Shown: positions 48,254 through 56,070 of the stretch, piece by piece
Numbering within the stretch: position 1 is the stretch's first letter
How the letters are laid out: every line of letters begins with the position of its first letter
The notes under the pieces: generated by a model
What the model saw: only the letters and a program-made list of their open reading frames with translations
Databases searched by the model: none
Told to the model about the DNA's origin: nothing
Position numbers and translations under genes: made by a program
DNA from: Myxococcota bacterium
GTDB lineage: Bacteria > Myxococcota > XYA12-FULL-58-9 > JALHOP01
NCBI GenBank assembly: GCA_041288095.1
Contig: JBGGMJ010000062.1
Span: forward strand, 1-60,264
Length of the DNA stretch: 60,264 bases
Reading direction: 5' to 3'

Positions 48254-49102
48254 GTGGCACGTTTGTCGGTTGGTAAGAAAAAAGACAGCGAAAACCAGTC
48301 CCGCAAGGACCTACTCAAGCGCGAGGACGCCTTCACAACGGCAGCCGAAGGCAGCGTCGAGTGGGCCAACGCCAACAAGAAGCCGTTGGTCATCGGGGCC
48401 GTCGTGCTCTTCGTCGCGATCGTCGTCGGCGTCATCGTCGACAGCGTCATGGAGGCGAAAGCGGAGTCGAGCGCCCAAGCCTTCGCCAAGGCGACCAAGG
48501 TGATGGCGGCGAAGGTCTTGCCCGCCGACGGCACCGAGACCGCCGATCCGGCCGCGGATCCGCCGGTGTTCGCGAGCGACAAGGATCGTGACCTCGCGGC
48601 GCGCGACGCGTTTCGCGCGGCGGCGAAAGAGGCTCATGGCAAGTCGGCCCTGCTCTCGCGTTTCATGGTCGCCGACCTGACCGCTAAAGTGGGTGAGAAG
48701 GAGGCCGCCGAAAAGGACCTCGCGAGCCTGCTCGCAGACCTTTCCGCGGATGATTCGCTGCGCTTCATGGTGGTCGAGCGCCTGGCGTTCTTGCAGGAGT
48801 CGCGTGGCGACATGGCCGCGGCGCTGCGCACACTCGACACCTTGAAGGGCGACGCCTTCTACGCCGACCGCGCTTCGCTGCAGGCGGCACGCATCGAGAT
48901 CGCCATGGGTGACACCGCCAAGGCGCGCACCCGGCTCGAGAAGCTCAAGGCCGATCATCCGAACAAGCCGGTCGGCACCGAGGCTGGCGATATGTTGACG
49001 GCCATGGGCGTGACTCCCGCCGCCGCCGCGCCGTCGAAGGACATGCCGTCGCCGGCCAGCGCCGACCTCTCGAAAACCACGCCGACCACCAAGGCGGACT
49101 AG
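48254..49102 (+). CDS. YfgM-like membrane-anchored TPR protein
   Basis: RKDLLKREDAF N-terminus, one TM and TPR helices. Precedes a PQQ-propeller gene. Confidence 0.7.
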   Translation: MARLSVGKKKDSENQSRKDLLKREDAFTTAAEGSVEWANANKKPLVIGAVVLFVAIVVGVIVDSVMEAKAESSAQAFAKATKVMAAKVLPADGTETADPAADPPVFASDKDRDLAARDAFRAAAKEAHGKSALLSRFMVADLTAKVGEKEAAEKDLASLLADLSADDSLRFMVVERLAFLQESRGDMAAALRTLDTLKGDAFYADRASLQAARIEIAMGDTAKARTRLEKLKADHPNKPVGTEAGDMLTAMGVTPAAAAPSKDMPSPASADLSKTTPTTKAD

Positions 49103-49105
49103 AGC

Positions 49106-50323
49106 GTGTCTCGGTTCGCGCTGCTCGGGTTGTCCGTCGTAGCGGTCTCGATGGCGAGCATTGCTCTCGCGGCGCCATCGCCGTCCGAATCGGACGCGAT
49201 TCTGTTGTCGCCGCACAAGGGCAAGTCGGTCGAGGCGGGGAAGGGCGTCGTCTTCGAGACGCGCTGGCGCAAGTCCCTCGTGCGTACCGGCCTGAACCGC
49301 GACATCACCGCGAGCTTCGGACGGCCGGCGATCTCGGAACGTCACGAGCGCGTCATCGTCGGTACGGGTGAAGGCTTCGTGCTGGCGCTGTCCTTGAGCA
49401 ACGGCGACGAGGTTTGGCGCTACCGCCACGGCGCCCCCTTCGAAACCGCGGCTGCCATCGTCGACCTCGGGACCGGCGGCGTGCGCGGCATGGAGCTCGC
49501 GCTCCTCGGCGGCCGCGACGGCAGGTTGCTGGCCTTCGAGGTCGGTACCGGCAAGCTCCGGTGGGAAATCCCCATCGACGGCGACATGCGTTCACCTCCG
49601 CGACGCGTGGGCAGCGAGCTGTTGGTGACGACGTCGACCAACAAGGTCTACGTCCTCGATCCGTCCACCGGCGCGGTGCGCTGGACACGCGGCCGACCCG
49701 CGCCGACCGGACTCACCGTGCTGGGGCACGCGCGCGCCTTCGAGCAAGACGGCATCGTCTACGCGGCGTTCTCGGACGGCTACGCCGAGGCGTACGCTTT
49801 GGAGGACGGGCGCGGCATGTGGTCACGCCCGTTGTCGCTCCGTGGTGGCGACTTCATCGACAGCGATGCCGACCCCGTGGTCATCAACGGCCGCGTCTTC
49901 GTGGCTTCGTACTCCGATGGCATCTATTCGCTCGAGCCGCGCGACGGCACGACGGCGTGGACCAAGGCCGCTCAAGCGATCACCTCGCTCGGTGGGCACG
50001 GCAACAAGCTGCTCGCCGCGAGCGCCGACGGCTGGTTCTGGGGCCTCGACGCGACGACGGGCGACCTCCTGTACCGGGCGCGCCTGCCGATCGGCTCGCC
50101 ATCGCGACCCATCGTCGCGGGCGACGCGGTCATCATGACCGGTGGCGAAGGCCTCTTCCTCGTCTTCGACGCCAACAACGGCAAGCCTCTGCAGGCAACC
50201 GCGATGGGCGGCATCGTCGCCAGTGAACCGGTGCTCGCCGGTGACCACCTGGCGCTGATTTCGAGCCTTGGCTACGTGGTGGTCATGCGCCGGGCTAAAA
50301 TGGGGACACTAACCATTTTCTAG
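49106..50323 (+). CDS. PQQ-like beta-propeller protein (BamB-like)
   Basis: Repeated LD/LE..TG...W blades and a DSDADP motif. Sec signal peptide. Confidence 0.8.
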   Translation: MSRFALLGLSVVAVSMASIALAAPSPSESDAILLSPHKGKSVEAGKGVVFETRWRKSLVRTGLNRDITASFGRPAISERHERVIVGTGEGFVLALSLSNGDEVWRYRHGAPFETAAAIVDLGTGGVRGMELALLGGRDGRLLAFEVGTGKLRWEIPIDGDMRSPPRRVGSELLVTTSTNKVYVLDPSTGAVRWTRGRPAPTGLTVLGHARAFEQDGIVYAAFSDGYAEAYALEDGRGMWSRPLSLRGGDFIDSDADPVVINGRVFVASYSDGIYSLEPRDGTTAWTKAAQAITSLGGHGNKLLAASADGWFWGLDATTGDLLYRARLPIGSPSRPIVAGDAVIMTGGEGLFLVFDANNGKPLQATAMGGIVASEPVLAGDHLALISSLGYVVVMRRAKMGTLTIF

Positions 50324-50973
50324 CGCGTGTGGCGGATGACTTCGCCCTCGACCATGAAGACCACGTCCTCGGCGATGTTGGTCGCAAGGTCGGCGATGCG
50401 CTCGAGATGGCGTGACGCGGAGAGGGTATGCACTCCGAGCGGCACGAGCGTCGCGTCCTTCATCATCAGCTCTTCGAGGAACTTGAACATGCGCTTATGC
50501 ATGTCGTCGACGTCCTCGTCATCGCGGACCACCTTACGCGCGAGCTCGCAGTCGCGATTCACCAAGGCGTCGAGACTCTCGCGCACCATCGCGCGGACGC
50601 GCTCCGCCATGGTGAGCAGGTCGCCCGGCGGCACGACCGGCTGAGCCATGGCCATGTCGAAGGCGCGGTCGGCGATGTTCACCGCTAGGTCACCCATGCG
50701 CTCGAGGTCGTTGTTCACCTTCATCACCGCGACGATGAAACGTAGGTCGGTGGCCATCGGCTGGTAGAGCGCGAGGAGCTTCAAGCACTCCTCTTCGATC
50801 TCGAGCTCGCGGCTGTCGATGAGGTCATCGCCATTGCGGACTTCGTCGGCGATGTCGGCGCGGCGGTTCACCAGGGCGGTGATTGCCTTGTTGGTCGCTT
50901 CTTCGACGAGGGCGCCGAGGCCGAGCAGCTCGCGCTTCAAGTGGGCGAGGTCACGCTCGAGGTGTTTCGTCAT
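50320..50973 (-). CDS. phoU: phosphate signalling protein PhoU
   Basis: QPMATDLR, DLERMGDLA and HLERIADLATNIAE motifs. Confidence 0.93.
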   Translation of the reverse strand: MTKHLERDLAHLKRELLGLGALVEEATNKAITALVNRRADIADEVRNGDDLIDSRELEIEEECLKLLALYQPMATDLRFIVAVMKVNNDLERMGDLAVNIADRAFDMAMAQPVVPPGDLLTMAERVRAMVRESLDALVNRDCELARKVVRDDEDVDDMHKRMFKFLEELMMKDATLVPLGVHTLSASRHLERIADLATNIAEDVVFMVEGEVIRHTR

Positions 50974-51008
50974 GGCCTCGTCATTTCACGACGCCGCGCG
51001 TTCTTCAA

Positions 51009-51797
51009 TCAGCCGAAGCGGCCGGTCACGTATTCTTCGGTGCGCTTGTCGCGTGGTCGGGTGAAGAACGTCTTGGTCTCGCCGACCTCGACCAACTCGC
51101 CTTCGAGCAGCAAGGCCGCGACGTCCGAGATGCGGGCCGCCTGCTGCATGGTCTCGGCGACCACGAGGATGGTGCAGGTCTCCTTGAGCTCGACGATGAG
51201 GTCCTCGATGCGGGCGCTCGATGCCGGGTCGAGCTCGGCGCAGGGCTCGTCGAGCAAGAGAACGTCGGGCTGCATGGCCAGGGCGCGGGCGATGCAGAGG
51301 CGTTGTTGTTGGCCGAGGGTAAGGACGCCCGGCGAGTCGTTGAGGCGGTCTTTGACGTCGCGCCACAAGCCGGCGCGCGTGAGCGACCGCTCGACCAAGC
51401 CATCGATGTCGGCGGGTCCGGCGACGCCGTTCACCTGCGCACCCCAAGCGACGTTGGCGCCGATGGAGCGTGGGAAGGGCGTCGGTGTGCGGAAGACCAT
51501 GCCGATGCGCCGGCGCACTTCACCGGCGTCGACGCCGGGTCCGTAAAGCTCGCGGCCACGGTAGACGACGCTGCCGCTGACACGGGCCCCGGGCGCCAGG
51601 TCGATGAGTCGATTGAAAGTCCGCAATAGCGTGGTCTTGCCGCTGCTCACCGGACCCATGACCGCCGTGACGGTCTTCTCGGGGGTGTAGATGCTGACGT
51701 CCCGGAGGGCCAGCTTGGGGCCGTAGTGCACCGTCATGTGACGGGCTTCGAGGACGGCGCTCGTGGGCTTGGGCTCGGGCATCGGCTGGGAGGGCAT
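51009..51797 (-). CDS. pstB: PstB-like ABC ATPase with degenerate motifs
   Basis: TLLRTFNR, GQQQRLCIARALA, LLLDEP and EEYVTGRFG motifs. Q-loop, signature and H-switch are altered. Confidence 0.85.
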   Translation of the reverse strand: MPSQPMPEPKPTSAVLEARHMTVHYGPKLALRDVSIYTPEKTVTAVMGPVSSGKTTLLRTFNRLIDLAPGARVSGSVVYRGRELYGPGVDAGEVRRRIGMVFRTPTPFPRSIGANVAWGAQVNGVAGPADIDGLVERSLTRAGLWRDVKDRLNDSPGVLTLGQQQRLCIARALAMQPDVLLLDEPCAELDPASSARIEDLIVELKETCTILVVAETMQQAARISDVAALLLEGELVEVGETKTFFTRPRDKRTEEYVTGRFG

Positions 51798-51835
51798 GAT
51801 GGTCGGCGCCAGTCTCGGACGCAAGCAGGGAGTGT

Positions 51836-51862
51836 GCACGTCGGCGCGCGGCCTGCCGATAA
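51836..51862 (+). promoter_or_regulatory. sigma28/FliA-like promoter
   Basis: GCACG-N14-GCCGATAA (perfect -10), 8 nt before ATG 51871. Confidence 0.55.
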
Positions 51863-51870
51863 GGCTGGCG

Positions 51871-52173
51871 ATGGTCAGGCTCCAGTCGAAGCTTCCCGCG
51901 CAAGTGCCCGCGCCTGTTCCCCCGACCGCGGCGACCCCGCCGACCCGGGTGCCGGGCCTACCGAGTGCTTCGCAGCTCGTGGGGATGCAGATCGTCGCGA
52001 CCGTTGGCGGCATCGCGGGCGGAATCGCGGCTTGCGTGCTCGCGCAGGGTGCAGGCTGGGAAGGCGTTGCCCCGTACCTTTTGGGGGCCGGAGTGGCCGT
52101 CGGCACCAACCTCTTGCCGGGCATTGGCCTACTGACGGTACAAGTAGGGCGCCGCCTGGTTGGCCGCGGCTAA
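51871..52173 (+). CDS. small two-TM protein with a Pro/Thr-rich N-terminus, antisense between pstA and pstB
   Basis: Fills the pstA-pstB gap. MVRLQSKLPAQVPAPVPPTAATPP is followed by two Gly-rich hydrophobic helices. Has its own promoter motif. Confidence 0.6.
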   Translation: MVRLQSKLPAQVPAPVPPTAATPPTRVPGLPSASQLVGMQIVATVGGIAGGIAACVLAQGAGWEGVAPYLLGAGVAVGTNLLPGIGLLTVQVGRRLVGRG

Positions 52174-52175
52174 CC

Positions 52176-53021
52176 TCAGGCCCAGGGCTCCCGCTGAAAG
52201 CGCCGCTGCAGGCCCCCAGCCCACAGGGTCGCGGCGACGTGAACCATCACGACCACCGCGACGGCGGCGCCCGCCAGCTCGGCGCTGCTCTTGCCCCCCG
52301 TCACCACCGCCTCCATCGCGGCGGCGGGCAGAGTGGGCCACGCATCTTCGCTGTTCATGACGAGGCCGAGCATGACGAGCGGTGCCGTGGCTCCGAACGT
52401 CCGCGCCAAGGTCGTAAGCACGCCGCCGGCGATGCCGCGAATGGCGAGCGGTAGGATGTGATCGCGGACGGTCTGCAATCGCGTTGCGCCAAGCGCGTAA
52501 GAAGCGGCCCGCATCGCGTCCGGTACCTGCAGCATCGCGTCACGGGTCGCGAGCATGATGCGGGGAATAGCGAGGATCGAGAGGGTGAGAGTGGCGGCGA
52601 GGAAGCCCGGCACCTGCTGCAGACCGCTCGTCACCAAGCGCATGCCGACGATACCGAAGACGACCGAGGGCAAGGACGCCCAGCTCTGCACGGCACCGAA
52701 GATCAGGCGCGTGAGGCGCGGGCGGTTCATGGCCTCGCTCACGTAAATGGCGGCGCCGATGCCGATGGCGACCGAGCCGAAGGTCGCGACCAGCGAGATC
52801 ACGATGCTGCCGGTGAACGCGGCGATGAATGCATCCGAGGCGTCGTCGCGGCGGGCAAGCGTGCCGCCGATGTCCGCGAGGCCCTGGCCGATCGCCCAGA
52901 TGACGACCGCGAGCAGCGCGAGCAGGGTGGCGCCGCCGACCGCGCCGCAGGCGGCCAGCACGATGTTGCCGAGACGACGGCGCTGGCCCCGGGCGGCGGT
53001 GCTCGAGAGCGCGTCGCTCAT
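52176..53021 (-). CDS. pstA: phosphate ABC permease PstA-like (divergent)
   Basis: ASLPSVVFG, the RAASYALGATR EAA loop and ARTFGATAPL. Confidence 0.75.
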   Translation of the reverse strand: MSDALSSTAARGQRRRLGNIVLAACGAVGGATLLALLAVVIWAIGQGLADIGGTLARRDDASDAFIAAFTGSIVISLVATFGSVAIGIGAAIYVSEAMNRPRLTRLIFGAVQSWASLPSVVFGIVGMRLVTSGLQQVPGFLAATLTLSILAIPRIMLATRDAMLQVPDAMRAASYALGATRLQTVRDHILPLAIRGIAGGVLTTLARTFGATAPLVMLGLVMNSEDAWPTLPAAAMEAVVTGGKSSAELAGAAVAVVVMVHVAATLWAGGLQRRFQREPWA

Positions 53022-53779
53022 GTCCGCTCTCGCGGATAAAGACGCATGGCCAAGCGATGCAAGACGACGGTGGCGGCAACGAGGACACCACCGACCACGA
53101 AGATATCGGGATGGCTCAAGGGCGGGCCTCGCCCAAGCGCCGCGCGCACGGGCTCGGCGGCGAGGGTCGTTACCTCGGTCGAGGCGGCCACGGCGACGAC
53201 CACGCTCTCGCCGATGGCGCGCACGAACGTGAGCAGCACGGCGCTGGCCATGGCGCGTGCGGACGCGGGCAGCAAGATGTGCAGCCAAGCTTCGAGCCGA
53301 GTCGCGCCGAGGGCGAGGGCCGCGTCGCGCATGCCCTCTGGCGCATTGCGCAGCGCCGTGTCGAAGACGCGCGCGACGAAGGGAGCGAGCAACAGGCCCA
53401 AGGTGAGCGCGGGGATCTGCGACCAGCGAACGCCGCGCTGTACGGTGATGGCGAGATACGCGAAGACGATGGGCGGCATGGTGGCGAACAAGGCGAGCCA
53501 CGGGCGGATCGCGAGGCGCAGCGCTGGTGAGGCGAGCTCTCGCAGGGTGACCGCCATCGTGAGGCCCAAGGGCAGGGCCACCGCCAGGGCCAGGAAGCTT
53601 ACCGTTAGCGTGCCGCGGCACAGCGCCCAGACGTCGACTGAGACGTGGTGGTCACCGAACGCGAAACCGATGCTTTCTCCGGCCACTACCGCGACGACGG
53701 CGACGGCAAGCCCTACGGCCAAAGCCGCGCATCCCGCGAGAACAGCGGTCGGCAGGATTTCGGACCGCCTCGAGCTCAT
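53018..53779 (-). CDS. pstC: phosphate ABC permease PstC-like (short, divergent)
   Basis: GTL..S..A...ALPLG, RDAALALGATR and RAIGES motifs. ATGA coupling to pstA. Confidence 0.7.
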   Translation of the reverse strand: MSSRRSEILPTAVLAGCAALAVGLAVAVVAVVAGESIGFAFGDHHVSVDVWALCRGTLTVSFLALAVALPLGLTMAVTLRELASPALRLAIRPWLALFATMPPIVFAYLAITVQRGVRWSQIPALTLGLLLAPFVARVFDTALRNAPEGMRDAALALGATRLEAWLHILLPASARAMASAVLLTFVRAIGESVVVAVAASTEVTTLAAEPVRAALGRGPPLSHPDIFVVGGVLVAATVVLHRLAMRLYPRERT

Positions 53780-53844
53780 GCGGCTGGTCTCATGCCACGA
53801 AGTGGGTGGCAAACACCCGCGGCTTTAAGTAGGCTACGCCGCCA

Positions 53845-54249
53845 ATGGTCGAGAAACGTCGCATTCGCGTGGTGAGTGCCGCTATCTGCAAGGATGGCAA
53901 GTATCTCATCACCCAGCGGACCGAGCGCGCGGTGTTGCCGCTCAAGTGGGAGTTCCCCGGCGGCAAGGTCGAAGAAGGCGAATACGAGGATGCGGCGCTG
54001 CGGCGTGAGCTGCGCGAGCGCCTCGCAATTACGCCCGACGTTGGCGCCCTCATCTCCACGACCATCCACGAGTACGATGACTACGTGGTCGAGCTGAAGC
54101 TCTACGAGTGCAGCTTGGGCCCGCTGGCCCCGCGCAAGGGCTCGGTGCGCGACATGCAGTGGGTCCGCTCCGGCGACTTCGACAAGTTCGACTTCACGCC
54201 CGCCGATCAAGAGTCGATGGACGTCCTGCTCTTCGGCGAAAAGCATTAG
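53845..54249 (+). CDS. MutT/NUDIX hydrolase
   Basis: WEFPGGKVEEGE.....RRELRERL (Nudix box with EE changed to ER) and a PAD motif. Confidence 0.8.
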   Translation: MVEKRRIRVVSAAICKDGKYLITQRTERAVLPLKWEFPGGKVEEGEYEDAALRRELRERLAITPDVGALISTTIHEYDDYVVELKLYECSLGPLAPRKGSVRDMQWVRSGDFDKFDFTPADQESMDVLLFGEKH

Positions 54250-54252
54250 CCG

Positions 54253-55095
54253 TTACACATGAGCGAGGATCCAATCGCCGACCCGAGCGATCAGCTCGGC
54301 GCGATTGGTCTCGTTCAAGATCTCGTGGAACTCTCCGGTGCGCACGATGACGGTCTTGTCGGGACTGTCGAGCGCTTGCGCGAGGGCGGCGTTGGCCTGC
54401 GGTGAGGCGATGGGGTCGGCGTCGCTGTAGGCATAGAGCAGGGGCATGTCGAGACGGCGGAGCGCGCGAACACGCGCTTGGGCTTCGCGCGAGGCGCGGA
54501 AGTAGCCGGCCGTGACGGTCGAGTAGATCATCGGGTCGCGGCGGTAGGCGTCCACGATAGCGGTCTCATGCGACAGGCCCTCGGGGGGAATGCCCGAGGG
54601 TAAAGCGATGCGTGGGGCGAGGCGGGAGGCGAGGTGGCCGATGGCGAGCTTGATCTTCGGCACCGCGAAGGCGACCTCGAGAAACGGGTTGGAAAGGATC
54701 AAGCCGCGAATGTCCGGCTTCCTCGTGGCAACCCAGTCGAGAGCGATGAGGCCGCCGTTGCTGTGGGCGAGAACGAAGCGCGGCAACCCACGTCCGGCAT
54801 GCGCGGCGGTCATCGCCGCGAGGCCGGCGTCGGCGTCGGCGTGGTACTCGCTAAAGCGGTCGACGAAGCCGCGCTGACCGGCCGAACGTCCGTGCCCACG
54901 CAAGTCGACGGCGACCGTGTCGACGCCGCGCTCCGCAAGGGCGAGGCCGAGCTCACGATAGCGTTCGGCGTGCTCGGCGTAGCCGTGGATGACGAGGAGC
55001 GCGGCGCGTGGGTCGCCCAAAGGGGACCAACGCTGCGCCGCGAGCTGGGTGCCGTCGTCGGAGGTGAGGGTGAGCTGGGTGCGATTGGCGCTCAT
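54253..55095 (-). CDS. alpha/beta hydrolase, lysophospholipase/monoacylglycerol lipase-like
   Basis: IHGYAEH, DLRGHGRS, AHSNGG nucleophile elbow and FHEILNE. Confidence 0.88.
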   Translation of the reverse strand: MSANRTQLTLTSDDGTQLAAQRWSPLGDPRAALLVIHGYAEHAERYRELGLALAERGVDTVAVDLRGHGRSAGQRGFVDRFSEYHADADAGLAAMTAAHAGRGLPRFVLAHSNGGLIALDWVATRKPDIRGLILSNPFLEVAFAVPKIKLAIGHLASRLAPRIALPSGIPPEGLSHETAIVDAYRRDPMIYSTVTAGYFRASREAQARVRALRRLDMPLLYAYSDADPIASPQANAALAQALDSPDKTVIVRTGEFHEILNETNRAELIARVGDWILAHV

Positions 55096-56012
55096 CGCGC
55101 GAACAGATCATCGATCGAGGCCGCCAGCAAGTCGGCCCGTCGCTTGACCAAGAGGTTGTCGGGAGCGAGGTCCGCCTCGCCGGCATCGGCGGCTTTGATC
55201 TCCGCCAGGAGGCGCGCGAAGAGCTCACGGTTTTTGGCTTCGATGGCGTAGGCCTCGGCGTAGCGCAGCTTGGTCACGAGCACCTCGGGTGCGAGGCCCA
55301 AGGCCTTGTCGAAGTGCTCACGGGCGCGGGCGAGGTCGCCACCAGCGAAGCCCGGGACGCGCGCGAAAAAAGTGCCGAGCTCGCGGTCGGCCGCGGCGTG
55401 CTCTGTTTTGGGCGCAATCTCGATCACCCGCTGCATCGCGGCGACCAGACGGCCCCTATACATGAGCAGGGCCGTGAAGCCCTTGTCGACCCCATAGTGC
55501 GCGAGACTCGTGCCGTAGACCGCGAGCGCTTCCATCTTGTCGGCTTCTACGGACTTCACCGCTTCTTCGATGCTGACTCCGCGTTTCACCGCCGCCGAAA
55601 ACGCGGGGGAGCTCGCGAGCAGAGCGCGCTCGGCCGTATCGATGGCGCGCTCGAGAGCGTCGGCCCGCTGCGGCATGTCCGCTGGAGCGCGCACATGAAA
55701 ATCCGCAAGGGTGACGTAGGCGCGGGAGAGCGCGAGCAGCGGCTTCGGATCGTCCGGCCGCGATTCGGATAGGCGCAGCCAGCAGTCGATGGCGCGACCG
55801 AGCGCCGTGCGGTCGACGCGGCCCGCCCAGGCGGCACGGGCTTGGGCGTCGAGGTCCAGGGGTGCCCCGGCATCGGCTCCGGCGGTGTCGGCATCAGCGG
55901 CGGGCACGCCGGCGGTGGTCTCCGGCGAAGGTGAGGGCGGCGCCGGCACGGGGCCTGGGCTGCATCCGGCCGCTGCGAGCACGGCGATGGTTACGACGCG
56001 AAACGACCTCAT
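55092..56012 (-). CDS. TPR lipoprotein, TRAP TatT-component-like
   Basis: Lipobox AAAGC, PGFAGGDLARAREHFDKA and a helical-repeat composition. Confidence 0.6.
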   Translation of the reverse strand: MRSFRVVTIAVLAAAGCSPGPVPAPPSPSPETTAGVPAADADTAGADAGAPLDLDAQARAAWAGRVDRTALGRAIDCWLRLSESRPDDPKPLLALSRAYVTLADFHVRAPADMPQRADALERAIDTAERALLASSPAFSAAVKRGVSIEEAVKSVEADKMEALAVYGTSLAHYGVDKGFTALLMYRGRLVAAMQRVIEIAPKTEHAAADRELGTFFARVPGFAGGDLARAREHFDKALGLAPEVLVTKLRYAEAYAIEAKNRELFARLLAEIKAADAGEADLAPDNLLVKRRADLLAASIDDLFAR

Positions 56013-56070
56013 GGGCGTGCGAAAGCTAGCACGCACAAGAACTTAGCGCGACGCGAAAACGCGGGCGGGG

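Noticed and set aside
53845-54249. NUDIX EE-to-ER change as a third pseudo-enzyme
   Set aside because: A single substitution in a variable motif is not enough to call the enzyme inactive.
55092-56012. Complete TRAP/TPAT transporter locus
   Set aside because: Only a TatT-like lipoprotein is present, with no DctP/Q/M genes adjacent.
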